DNA of 51,670 nucleotides from Macrostomum lignano. Its lineage: Eukaryota. A program made the position numbers and the translations under genes. Below the pieces are notes generated by a model. That model was given only the letters and a program-made list of their open reading frames with translations, had not been told where the DNA came from and did not search any database. The stretch spans positions 1-51,670 of the forward strand of contig NIVC01001964.1 of the NCBI GenBank assembly GCA_002269645.1, given 5' to 3'. Shown in pieces: positions 12,818 to 25,452 of the stretch; within the stretch, counting starts at the first letter, position 1; each line of letters begins with the position of its first letter.

Positions 12818-15463
12818 GAACACAGTTTGCAGGTGAATAACTCGTACAGGCCTTAAGCAAGACTGCTGATTTTTGACTTGCCAACGCATCTCGCGTGCGC
12901 GTCAAGAGAAAAAAGTTTCATAGCTCTGAGTTGAGTAGAAGTGTCTGTCAGCGAATGTCAAGCTGGACCCCCAAAATACACTACGGAGATAGGAACACAG
13001 TTTGCAGGTGAATAACTCGTACAGGTGATGGGTTCGGCCTTTTTAAGCCTGTAGCTTCGGGCCTCAGAACTCAGAAATGAATCACTTAGAACTCTGGCCT
13101 CTCACTCCTGTCAGATGGTTAGCCCCGTGGTAGCAAGATTGTGGGCGAGCAGCAAGGTCCTATAGCTAAGAGAAGACAGCAAGAGACAAGCAGGGAGAAT
13201 TTGAAAGGTAGAGATTAGCTAATCCACAGTTTAACTAACCCGCTGCCACCAGTCCGTGCGCCCCGGCTCACCAAACCGGAGCTATCGAAATTGGACTTCC
13301 GACTAGAGGGAGGGGCGCTGCACTTACCTGCCATCTAGTGTCTTTTAGCTGTCTATCTATCTCGAAGTCATAGCCGAATAGAAGGGACGCAGCTGGGACT
13401 AAGATCGCATTGGCCATGCAGGGACAGAGAGGACTTTTGCAGGGGGTTCTTGCGCTGGCGAGCCTTCATACACTACTAAATGTACTATTTCCTTACCAAA
13501 TTCCCAGAAATACATGTACAAGTACACGCAACTGCACGCTTTTGCACTAAATGTGTTAACGCGTCGACAGATAGCGATGATGTAGGTGTATTGCCGCCTT
13601 TGGAGATCTTTAGACTAACATTTAACTCGTTTTAGCCGCTTAGCTGCCTGAGACTGCGCGAAAGCACCAGTCTGGCACTTAGGTTGCATGCTTATCATTA
13701 TTGCTTAGATCTACTGATTGACTGGGAACTGTGCCGCTTCCGGTCCACCGTGACCCCTGCCTCTAGATTTTGTCACTCATCTCAGCCGGCATTGCGAAAA
13801 AGAAAGAAAACGCCAAGTCTTTAACTTCCAGATTTAACTTTCTCACTTGATCCGCAATCCTAAACACCTTAAATTGAGTCAGAGCGAATGCCTACTTTTA
13901 GTATTAACTGACACTTCTGCCTCGAATTTGACACACAAAAGCAAGTAAGCAAAAGTGCAAATCCTATCAGACTACCTAGGAAGGGGTCAGACAAAGGGCG
14001 CACCCAGTTAAGCAGGTCAAGAAAGCCTCTCACCCGACCAATCAGAGGACCTAACTGTCGGTAGCCAAGAGATCCGTAGAGACCGAAGCGCTCGGATGGG
14101 ATGCTGCTGCCGATCTTAACTGACGAGTGTCGCCGTTACTCTTCACTTGCCGGTTGCTGTCGAAGCTCTTTGTTCACGGCCGGGAGGTACCGGTGATGCC
14201 TCTCAAGGGGAACTTAGCTGTTGAAGCCGAAACTGCCGGGGGAAGAGGGACCGGAGGCCGAAGAGGCAGCAGAAGCCGAAGGGGATTAGATTGGTAGGAC
14301 CGGCCAAGGCCAAGGTCAGGGCGTGCCAGAAGGTAGGGGGATGACGGGAACCTCGAACCGGCCTTTCCGAGCGTGGGTCGAGTTGCCGCCTTTTATAACT
14401 TTCACGCGGCCGATTTGTTCTAACGATCGACGAATTTTTTGATTGGCTGATAGCTTTTGTTAAAATAGACGCCGAATTTTCTGATTGGTCGAGCCGGGGG
14501 CTGTCGGGTCGACTCTGATTGGCTGAGCTCGAGACCCCAAAACCCACCCCACCAGGTGGCCTTCGGACCCCAGGGAAGCTGACAGGTGCGGTCATAAATC
14601 ATGTGCAAAACATAATAAAAGTCACTTGTCTAGACATCCTGGCGCCAAAGTGACAGCAAAACGCCCATAAATCAAAGGAGAAAGTAACAGAGCGAGTGGG
14701 GAGAAAGCTGGAAAGGCCTCTTTGACCCAGACAGGCTGGAGCCAAAAGTGACAGCTAGACCGCCATAAGTCACTGGAAGCAGTGAAAAAGTCACAAATCT
14801 GGGGATCAGAATGGGGCTAAAAACATTCCTCCCAGACTTAGTGTCGCCTGTCAAGACTGTTAGAGGTCAATCCGCCTCAGACCCAGACAGTCTGACCTTC
14901 AAAGATGCGTAAACAATCCAAAATTAGAATCCTAAGAGAAGTACATATATTGAGTATCTATCATAGTAATGTCATAAGTTAATATAGAACTTAGTCTAGA
15001 CGAGAGAATGGAGAGACAATCCTAAGCTAGCCTACTGACAGTAGGGGAAAAGGCGCATCGAAGCAAAATGTGCGGTTTTAAGATTGATAAAAGGTGCGTC
15101 CTCATCACAGGCCTTAAGCAAGAGTGCTGATTTTTGACTTGCCAACGCATCTCGCGTGCGTCAAGAGAAAAAGTTTCATAGCTCTGCGTTGAGTAGAGCT
15201 CTATGACAGAGCTACCGTCTGTCAGCGAATGTCAAGCTGGACTCCTAAAATACACTACAGATATAGGAACACAGTTTGCAGGTGAATAACTCGTACAGGC
15301 CTTAAGCTAGAGTGCTGATTTTTTACTTGCCAACGCATCTCGCGTGCGTCAAGAGAAAGAAAGTTTCATATCTTTGCATGTATTTTAAGACGTTCTGCTG
15401 AGCTGCATAATAATACACTACGGAGATAGGAACATACTTTATATGTGAATTATTCGTACAGGC
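12818..15463. repeat. ~165-190-bp tandem repeat (~3 copies) interrupted by a 2.08-kb insertion
   Basis: GAACACAGTTTGCAGGTGAATAACTCGTACAGG at 12818, 12993 and 15267, degenerate at 15430. The unit resumes seamlessly at 15108 after the insertion. Confidence 0.85.
13026..15107 (-). mobile_element. Solo-LTR-like insertion (2082 bp)
   Basis: Termini TGATG...CATCA (TG..CA, short inverted repeat). 4-bp TSD CAGG at 13022-13025 and 15108-15111. Minus-strand TATAAAAGG at ~14388-14396 with three minus-strand CCAAT boxes at ~14440-14522. No internal direct repeat or gag/pol ORF. Confidence 0.75.
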
Positions 15464-15887
15464 TTTTTTAAATGCCGAGATATTTTACGTAGTTTTTTAT
15501 CTTGGTTGCGTCAAAGTTTTTGTAAATTTTTAAAGCGTTTCGTTTAATCATTTTTTTCTTCTCGATTTTTCGTTTCAACTTCATTTGTTCCTTATCTCGT
15601 AATCTCGTAATGAAAGCAATACCTCGTAATTCGTATTCATTTTTGTACTCATATTCATACTCATATTATAATTCCCTTTATTAAATACTTCAATTTGTCG
15701 CTTCGTTTTTAGTCGTCACTTTTCGTCCAAAAATACCGTAAAAAATTCTGTGCGCGCTTTCAAATACTTTATCTTTTACAATAACGTCGAATCTTTATAA
15801 ACTTCCATTTCGAAAATTTTTCGAAATACATTGCCCTATAATATATAATATATTAGCAAAACAGGCTAATTGCCTGAGCCAAATTCT

Positions 15888-15916
15888 TACTACTACTACT
15901 ACTACTACTACTACTA
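15888..15916. repeat. (TAC)n microsatellite, ~10 units
   Basis: Direct reading. Confidence 0.95.
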
Positions 15917-16778
15917 TACGTTACACTTCTCTGAAATTTTTAAAAGCAATACCGCGTCGTGCTGAGCAACTCCTTGTTGCTCACTCTTAGGCCTATAATA
16001 AATAATTAATCGTATTGGCATTTACAAGTTATGATTGGCGTATGCAGTATTATTAGAGAGTCAGCATCTGATTTTAAGAGAGTAGATGATGATAGAAGAA
16101 AGAAGAGAGATAAGAAAGCAGAGATAAAGGTGAAGAGATAAGAAGAGAGAGGAGAAAAAATAGGGAGCAATGGAGAGAAGAGATGTGATTTATTATATTA
16201 GACTAGGCCTATTATATTATGCAATATAATTTGGCACCCAAGATAATTGACATTGAAGTGTCTGGTACCAAAATCTCTAGCACTAAAATGTCTAGTATTC
16301 ATTCTAATTTATTTAGTACTAGGAGTTAGTAAACACAAAGTTTTAACAAAATAAAAATAAAATAAAAATAATTTTTTAATTTTTTTCAATTGCTTCTATA
16401 TAAATTTATAAAGCTTTTTGCTATATAGGCTCTTATATTTGCAGTCAAATCTCTTATTCTAATTTCTAAGCTTACCTTACCATTGCAATTAAAATTGTTA
16501 TACTTTTATAGCCTAGGCCTAGTATAGTAAAAATGGTCTAGGCCCTACTCTTTATCAAAGAAAATTTTGGTATAGGAGCCTATATACAGCCAGGGTCCCT
16601 AATGGCAATGCATTTGGTCTTTAATCATGGTATATACAATATATAAGTATTTGATGCATATAGTATACAATTTATTTTTAGTGACTTTCATGAATTATAA
16701 TATTTATTTGTTATAATATTTGCATTTTAAAATGTTTCACTTATAAATATGTTTTATACCATATTGCTAAACGTGATA

Positions 16779-18056
16779 TGAGGGTTGTCAAAAAAGTTCT
16801 GTATATATTGTAATAACTTGAGAATGATAAACAGTAGCCTATAGAAATATAAAAAATTACAAATGTCTTCCTTAATATTTATTCACTCAAAGTATGAGCC
16901 TTTAGCTTCAATGCACTTCTTCTAACGCTGCACTAGCCCATCAATGCCTGCAATCATGCCATTGTTTGTCATGGCAACAATGCCAGCCTTGTAGGCCCGA
17001 TTCACATCTTCTTTTGCACTGAAACGCTGGCCTCACATTGACTCCTTGATTTGAGGGAAAAGGAAAATGTTGCATAGACTTAAGTCCAGGGAATAAAATG
17101 GATGTGGAAGAATTTCCTATCCGTACAACTTGACCGTAGCTAGCACGCTTTGCTTTTGGTATAGGGCTGTGTTGTCATAAAGCAGAATCAGGCCAGCCAT
17201 GTGAAATGCAGGCCTTTGTCCCGAATGGCATGCCAAACTTTCACTAGAACTGACAGGTAGAAATCACCATTGACCATCTGCCTCACTGGCACAGGCTGAT
17301 CAAACAACAGACCCTCCTGGTCAAAGAAAGTCACGTGCATGACCTTAAATTGACCAATGCTCCAGATGGCCTTTGAGGTTGTGGAGAACCTGGCCTGCAC
17401 ACAGGAATGCCATGCCCTCCCACTGACACCGCTACAGGTTGGATGCGCACATGGCAACCTACTGAGCCTGCTGATTGTCAGTGAGCAGATGTGGCATCCA
17501 CTTGGCACAGACCTTGCCCATCCCAAGGTCCTTGGTCAGGATCTTGTGAACTAAGTTGTAGGACACCCCTATGGCATCAGCCAGCTGCCTAGTGGTCAGT
17601 CTCCAGTCCTGCAGCATGGCTGCCTCCACCTGACTTACCAGGCTGTCAGTCCAAGCACTTGTTGGTTGTCTACTGCGTGGCTTGTCATCAAGGTCTTCTT
17701 TGCCATTGCAAATAGCAATAGCCCAGTAGCAAATTGTCTCATAAGATGGGCAAAAGTCTCCTATGGTCTGCTATATTTCTTCAAAAATCTTGGTTGCTGA
17801 ATGCCCCTAAAAGACATGAAACTTGATGATCACTTGATTGTTGTGTTTAGAAAAACTCTCTTGCAGGACAGAATGCGCCATGGGTGTGGTTGAATAATTA
17901 CTGCTACACAGGCTAGAAATGATCTGGTGCTCTAAAACTGAAGCTAGCAACTCTTTATATATATATATATATATATCTATGGCTAAAACCCAACTCTTCA
18001 GCTATTCATAGAGTTGAGTTATTCTCTTATACACAGAACTTTTCTGACAACCCTTG
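16779..18056 (-). mobile_element. Decayed mariner (Tc1/mariner) DNA transposon, ~1.28 kb
   Basis: TIRs TA|TGAGGGTTGTCAAAAAAGTTCTG and CAGAACTTTTCTGACAACCCTTG|TA, with TA TSDs at 16777-16778 and 18057-18058. Internal transposase pseudogene. Confidence 0.95.
16883..17881 (-). pseudogene. Mariner transposase pseudogene
   Basis: Manual translation shows KVCAKWMPHLLT (WVPHEL motif), KVMHVTFFDQEG, LLYDNTA, HPFYSLDLSLCNIFLF (YSPDLAPSD motif) and R*KKCIEAKGSYFE*. Several in-frame stops; the TGDE(K/T)W first catalytic Asp segment is missing. Confidence 0.93.
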
Positions 18057-19508
18057 TATATGTACAATACACTAGAAATAATTTGGCTATCATCTAGTAA
18101 AGTATACGCTAATAAATTATACCAATTAGGTATTCTAATTAATTGTATGCCACTAAAAATTGCGTGATTACAAAACATAGAACCAATGACACAAGCAATA
18201 GATATGTGGCAAATAATTGCTACAAAAAAGCAAAACTATTAAAAAAAATTAGTAAAACAAAATAGTTATATATTACCTTTTGTTTTATATATACCTATTG
18301 TTTTAGGTATATTTTTAACTAGTAACTATAGAAACTAATTATATTATTAAAAAATATTTATTATCATAAATTTAAAATTACTTTTAGGCCTACTATAGCA
18401 AAGAATTGTTTAGCATAATTTATGAAATTATGACATATACTTTGATTCTTTTATATGCTGTGCTGCAAGCTTGAACATGTATAGTTAAAAATTATAAGCT
18501 AGTAATTATGCTAAAAAGTTGTATTTTCTCCTTGTACGCCATATATACACTAGCTAAAACATTTGTATACTAGATATATGCCAGCTAAAGCATTTGTATG
18601 CTGGAATTTTCCAGTGTATACTACACCTTCTGCAATATGGGTTTTATATAGTTTTGATAGGTTAATATATGCTATACAAATAATATAGAGATAATTTATG
18701 CTTTGCTAGGCCTATCTTTTTGACTAGGTGATATTAAGGTCATGATCTTTTGGTATATTACTAAATAATACTTAATCTACTTCTGATGTGTTATATATTT
18801 TGAGTAGTATTTAATGCTTAGTTCTTAGGCTGAGCCTTCTTATTGCACTGTATTAATCTTATTTGTTTTGTTTTCTGTACTTACCTTATTCTAATCTCTA
18901 TTTGCTTTTGTTGGTATTTTTTCTGTCTAGACATTATTGAGATTAGAGGGTCATAGTTTAATAGGCCTATTCTAAAACTATATATCTATATTCTATTTCT
19001 ATATTCAAAAATGACCAGCACTTGATTATTACTAATTCTAAGGTTACTAATTGAGTTTGCTTTGAATATTATAACTCAATGGAAATATATACAGTTTAAA
19101 CTAACAACTTAATGTTTTTCTCTTTCTATATATTTTCTCCTATTTCTAATAGGAAAATAATTTTTTTTATCATTTTAAAGGCAATGAAAAGGAAAATGAA
19201 ACTTCTTAGAAATAAGTCTTAGAAGCCTAGATAATTAAAAACATAAGCACTAAAGTACATCAGGATGTATTAAAAATATTGGTTTACTGGAAAATATATA
19301 TATACTTAACTTTTATATTGCCTTACATTTAATGTTAAATTAACATTTTTTATTTTTACTAACATTTATTGTTATTATTATACATTTCTGTAACTCTATT
19401 GTATACTATTATGTAAGTTCTACTTTTACTCCTTGTTGTATGCCATGTCATGCCATATCCATTGTCAAAAACTTCTATTGAAGCTATAATTTAAAAAAAA
19501 TCTTTTGC

Positions 19509-22500
19509 ATGCAAAACATGTATCTAGAAGTATTCAAAGAGCCAAGAGGAATGATGCGGCTTATTCAGCTGGTGAGTATTTATTTTGTTTTACTTGACAT
19601 TCACCTAAATTGGTCACTCGATGCTAGTGGTGAATGCACTCAGTTTATATATAATTTTGATTCTTAATGATTTATTTATTGTCAGAGTTTGACTACTGAT
19701 AAGTAGAAAGTATAGACTGTGGCGCGAAAAGCTTGCATTACAGGCAAAAAATGCCGCCATGCAAGAGTGGAAGAGTATAAGTACATTTGCATGTGTTCAG
19801 CGTAGCTTATGGGTGAAGTCTAGCATTGAGTCATCTGAAGAAGCCTACGAGTATAAGGGCAGAACCCTGTCCTGGCAGTATCACCCGAGTTCGGTTGCAC
19901 TATTTGTGTTTTTAGCTATTTGCAATCCTGGCATTTTCTACGACTGCCGGCTATAATTCAACAATGAAATTCGAGTACCGATGCAAGACGGGAAATGATA
20001 CTGGCAGTCGGCAGCTCACAGTTAGCTATCCATTCTATATGCCTGACTCGGCTGTTGAGTCGATAGTCTGTCCCAGCACTGGCGTCAGCACTGTTCAGCC
20101 TGGCCTCAACTATCCATTTGGTAGCTATATGTCCTCTGCTCAGTTCTACGTTTTTGTTGGCGTGATGGCCTTTCTCTACTGCATTGGCATCACTGTTCTG
20201 TATGTCGTCTTCGAGCAGGTCTACAATGACAATGACCTGGTGCCCCAGATTGTAAGCTCCTGCGGTTTGGTTGACTGTTGCTCTCCTGAGTCAGTTTGGT
20301 CAGATATAGCTCACTCCTGAGTCAGTGGTCAGATATAGCTCACTCCTGAGTCAGTGGTCAGATATAGCTCACTCCTGAGTCAGTTTGGTCAGATATAGCT
20401 CACTCCTGAGTCAGTTTGGTCAGATATAGCTCACTCCTGAGTCAGTTTGGTCAGATATAGCTCACTCCTGAGTCAGTTTGGTCAGATATAGCTCACTCCT
20501 GAGTCAGTTTGGTCAGATATAGCTCACTCCTGAGTCAGTTTGGTCAGATATAGCTCACTCCTGAGTCAGTTTGGTCAGATATAGCTCACTCCTGAGTCAG
20601 TTTGGTCAGATATAGCTCACTCCTGAGTCAGTTTGGTCAGATATAGCTCACTCCTGAGTCAGTTTGGTCAGATATAGCTCACTCCTGAGTCAGTTTGGTC
20701 AGATATAGCTCACTCCTTAGTCAGTTTAGTCAGATATATTGTAGCTCACTCCTGAGTCAGTTTGGTCAGATATAGCTCACTCCTTAGTCAGTTTAGTCAG
20801 ATATAGCTCACTCCTTAGTCAGTTTAGTCAGATATAGCTCACTCCTTAGTCAGTTTAGTCAGATATATTGTAGCTCACTCCTGAGTCAGTTTGGTCAGAT
20901 ATAGCTCACTCCTTAGTCAGTTTAGTCAGATATAGCTCACTCCTTAGTCAGTTTAGTCAGATATAGCTCACTCCTGAGTCAGTTTGGTCAGATATAGCTC
21001 ACTCCTTAGTCAGTTTAGTCAGATATATTGTAGCTCACTCCTGAGTCAGTTTGGTCAGATATAGCTCACTCCTTAGTCAGTTTAGTCAGATATAGCTCAC
21101 TCCTTAGTCAGTTTAGTCAGATATAGCTCACTCCTGAGTCAGTTTGGTCAGATATAGCTCACTCCTGAGTCAGTTTAGTCAGATATATTGTAGCTCACTC
21201 CTGAGTCAGTTTGGTCAGATATAGCTCACTCCTTAGTCAGTTTAGTCAGATATATTGTAGCTCACTCCTGAGTCAGTTTGGTCAGATATAGCTCACTCCT
21301 TAGTCAGTTTAGTCAGATATAGCTCACTCCTTAGTCAGTTTAGTCAGATATAGCTCACTCCTGAGTCAGTTTGGTCAGATATAGCTCACTCCTTAGTCAG
21401 TTTAGTCAGATATAGCTCACTCCTGGGTCAGTTTAGTCAGATATAGCTCACTCCTGGGTCAGTTTGGTCAGATATAGCTCACTCCTGAGTCAGTTTGGTC
21501 AGATATAGCTCACTCCTGAGTCAGTTTGGTCAGATATAGCTCACTCCTGAGTCAGTTTGGTCAGATATAGCTCACTCCTGAGTCAGTTTGGTCAGATATA
21601 GCTCACTCCTTAGTCAGTTTGGTCAGATATAGCTCACTCCTGAGTCAGTTTAGTCAGATATAGCTCACTCCTGAGTCAGTTTAGTCAGATATAGCTCACT
21701 CCTGAGTCAGTTTGGTCAGATATAGCTCACTCCTGAGTCAGTTTGGTCAGATATAGCTCACTCCTTAGTCAGTTTAGTCAGATATAGCTCACTCCTTAGT
21801 CAGTTTAGTCAGATATAGCTCACTCCTGAGTCAGTTTGGTCAGATATAGCTCACTCCTGAGTCAGTTTAAACACCATGAGCTGTGTGATCAGCTATTAAA
21901 AACTTTTAAGCTGATTAGCTACTGCACACAGTAGTCAGTAATGTGTATGCTGTTAGTAACCAATACATAGCGAAATCTGGCCCCGCAGGATTTCATAGTC
22001 ACCGCCGTTTGGACTCTGTTCTGGTTCATCGCCTCCGTGGCCTGGGCCGTCGGCGTCAGCTTTTTTAAGCTAGAGACCTACCCGGACAGGCTGTGGCACC
22101 AGATCACCGCTTGTCTGGGCTTGGCCGAATGCAAGACCAAGGAGTACTTTGGCTATGGTGGCTTGGATGTGTCGCTTGTAAGTTCGAGTAAAATAGCTTT
22201 CTTTTACAAATACATGGCTATTCTATTATGGGAGAGTTTTTTGATATTTTGTACTTTAGACTGTGCTTTTTCAGATTAGTATATCTTATTGTAGTGTGCT
22301 ATCTGACAGCCTGTAATGTTCTGCATAGTGCTGTAGTGTACTGTCTGAGCCTGTAATGTCCTGAATAGTGCTGTAATGTACTGTCTGACAGCCTGTATAC
22401 GAGAACTGTAATGTATCTAGATACTAGGTGACAGACTGCATAATGCTGTAATATACTGGGTGACAGACTGAATAATGCTGTAATGTACTGGGTGACAGAC

Positions 22501-22829
22501 TCCATAATGCTGTAATGTACTGGGTAACAGACTGCATAAGTGCTGCAGATTACCAGCTGCAGAATCGAATAGTACTGTAAACGTTGAACTTTCTGTCAAC
22601 CTGCAATGTCACTGGCACACTACAGATCTGCGGCTTTGCCAACGTGTTCCTATGGGGCGCCAGTCTGTGGTTTCTGTTCAAGGAGACAGTATGGTTCAAG
22701 CGCATGTACCCTGAGCAGGCCTACGGCGAGTCCGACTTTGCTGGCGGCGGGCCGGACCCGAGCGGCGGCAGCGGCGGCTACCAGCAGAAGGGCGGCGTGG
22801 AAACCGGAGCCGGTCTGCCACCTCAGTAG
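19509..22829 (+). CDS. SYP: Synaptophysin/synaptoporin-family MARVEL-domain vesicle membrane protein (~263 aa, 4 coding exons)
   Basis: Exons 19509-19571, 19916-20251, 21989-22177, 22626-22829, all phase 0 GT-AG. Motifs FKEPRGMMRLIQL-LFAILAFSTTAGY, SSAQFYVFVGVMAFLYC, DFIVTAVWTLFW, GFANVFLWGASLWFLFKET; Gly-rich tail. The exact paralogue and the start codon (an upstream exon is possible) are uncertain. Confidence 0.9.
20283..21868. repeat. Intronic minisatellite, 31-bp unit (GCTCACTCCTGAGTCAGTTTGGTCAGATATA), ~51 copies
   Basis: Fills almost all of synaptophysin intron 2; variants CTTAGTCAGTTTAG and a +5-bp form. Confidence 0.97.
22300..22545. repeat. Degenerate ~30-bp intronic minisatellite (ATAATGCTGTAATGTACTGGGTGACAGACT)
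   Basis: About 7 diverged copies in synaptophysin intron 3. Confidence 0.75.
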
Positions 22830-23193
22830 CTCTGCCTCCGAGTCTCTGTGGGTGGAGGTTAGCTTAGAAGAATACCTGCATTAGCAGCTAGTGTTGTCTT
22901 TTGAATAATCAAAGCACGTAGACAATTGATTTTGATAGACTTGAGCAGACTTGACTGAACAGACTTTGTTTTTTTATTTTACTGGAACGAACAAAACTTC
23001 TGTGTTTGTCGCCACTTTTGTAGCATTAGAACTGAAAAGTAACCAGTAATAATATCATAGAAATGCGACCAATCTTTTTTATATTGCCTTGCGTAACCAA
23101 TATTTACCAGGTGTTTATTGCGGTTTAGTACGCCATTAACGTGTGTAAATTCCCATTGGTGGATGCATAAGATTCCCACAATCAGCTGGGACT

Positions 23194-23820
23194 CCGCTAC
23201 CTTCTTCCAAGTAGCTTGGCAGGTCACCGCTACCCTCTCTGCAGTAGCTTGGCAGGTCACCGCTACCCTCTCTGCAGTAGCTTGGCAGGTCACCGCTACC
23301 CTCTCTGCAGTAGCTTGGCAGGTCACCGCTACCTTCTCTGCAGTAGCTTGGCAGGTCACCGCTACCCTCTCTGCAGTAGCTTGGCAGGTCACCGCTACCT
23401 TCTCCCAAGTAGCTTGGCAGGTCACCGCTACCTTCTCCCAAGTAGCTTGGCAGGTCACCGCTACCCTCTCTGCAGTAGCTTGGCAGGTCACCGCTACCCT
23501 CTCTGCAGTAGCTTGGCAGGTCACCGCTACCCTCTCTGCAGTAGCTTGGCAGGTCACCGCTACCCTCTCTGCAGTAGCTTGGCAGGTCACCGCTACCCTC
23601 TCTGCAGTAGCTTGGCAGGTCACCGCTACCCTCTCTGCAGTAGCTTGGCAGGTCACCGCTACCTTCTCTGCAGTAGCTTGGCAGGTCACCGCTACCCTCT
23701 CTGCAGTAGCTTGGCAGGTCACCGCTACCTTCTCCCAAGTAGCTTGGCAGGTCACCGCTACCCTCTCTGCAGTAGCTTGGCAGGTCACCGCTACCCTCTC
23801 TGCAGTAGCTTGGAAGGCCG
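23194..23820. repeat. Minisatellite, 33-bp unit (GCAGTAGCTTGGCAGGTCACCGCTACCCTCTCT), ~19 copies
   Basis: Direct reading; source of the spurious ORFs at 22979-24010. Confidence 0.97.
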
Positions 23821-24496
23821 TCACTGCACACCTCTGCAAAGTTCCATATCAAATGAAGGTTTAGAACAATTCTATTTACATGTATTGATATATGCCATTC
23901 ATAGATATTCCATTCACCCCCGACGGAGACTTTGTAATGCTAATTATTTATATTTATTCAAAAATTGGCTGTATGCCCTTTTGATTGTTTATTGCATACT
24001 CGGGTGCTAATTTTTATAGCGCATATTCGAAAGAGCCTGGTGCTCAATCTCATTCTTCGATCTATATACATATCGGTAGCTACAGGTGTCACAAAGTTGC
24101 GGCCAACTTTTGTGCTAATTAATCTGAACAGATCCTTATGTTTTATCAACCTATTTCTAACCCAATTGCTACTTAATAGAAAACCAATCACTAAATCTTA
24201 TTTATGGCCCATCATTTTTAATATTAAAAATCGCTGATTCCTAAGCTCATGACTGTTTGAATTGAATTGCGCTTCCATTATATTATGTAATTTATTTGTA
24301 CCGTTAAGCTTAAATACGAGCTAGTTTACTGTGTCTGCAAATTTTATAGTTCAATTTTAATTATACTATAAATAACTACTTAATCCCAGACCTAACTGAT
24401 CATTACTCCAACTGGTGATTCTTTACTGATTAATTTTTGCCTTTGTTCATTTTGTGTCTGCTTGCTTCTTCGCAATTGTCGGCTACTAATGGTAGC

Positions 24497-25300
24497 TTAT
24501 GAATCTTTTATAGATGCCATTTCTCCCCCAATCAATAAGATAACTGCCATTACTCCCTCAATCCATCAGATAACTGCCATTTCTCCCCCAATCTATCAGA
24601 TAACTGGTATTACTCCCTCAGTCAATCAGATAACTGCCATTGCTCTTCCAATCTATCAGATAACTGGCATTACTCCCCAGTCCATAAGATAACTGCCATT
24701 ACTCTTCCAATCTATCAGATAACTGGCATTACTCCCCCAATCTATCAGATAACTGGCATTACTCCCCCAATCTATCAGATAACCGGCATTACTCTTCCAA
24801 TCTATCAGATAACTGGCATTACTCCCCCAATCTATCAGATAACTGGCATTACTCTTCCAATCTATCAGATAACTGGTATTACTCCCCCAATCAATAAGAT
24901 AACTGCCATTACTCCCTCAATCCATCAGATAACTGCCATTGCTCTTCCAATCTATCAGATAACTGGCATTACTCCCCAGTCCATAAGATAACTGCCATTA
25001 CTCTTCCAATCTATCAGATAACTGGCATTACTCCCCCAATCTATCAGATAACTGGCATTACTCCCCCAATTTATCAGATAACCGGCATTACTCCCCCAAT
25101 CTATCAGATAACTGGCATTACTCCCCTGATCTATCAGATAACTGGCATTACTCCCCCAATCAATCAGATAACTGCCATTACTCCCTCAATCCATCCGATA
25201 ACTGCCATTGCTCTTCCAATTTATCAGATAACTGGTATTACTCCCCAGTCCATCAGATAACTGACATTTCTCCCCCAATCTATCAGATAACTGGCATTAA
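24497..25300. repeat. Minisatellite, 30-bp unit (ATCAGATAACTGGCATTACTCCCCCAATCT), ~27 copies
   Basis: Direct reading. Confidence 0.95.
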
Positions 25301-25452
25301 TCCTTAGATTTATTGACGGCCAGAATTGTTATTCAATAAGTTTTAGCTTATTGTCAATCAATGAAAATGAATACAGATTACACATAGCGGCTGTCCCGTT
25401 TGAACTGTGCTCATACCATAACTCTACTGAAATTGTCATTCCATGCTAAAAA

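Noticed and set aside
14203-14854. ORFs within the LTR-like insert as gag/pol remnants
   Set aside because: No retroviral motifs; they overlap the promoter-like region and appear incidental.
22979-24010. Long ORFs (238-286 aa) on both strands
   Set aside because: They are translations of the 33-bp minisatellite; a unit length divisible by 3 keeps frames open.
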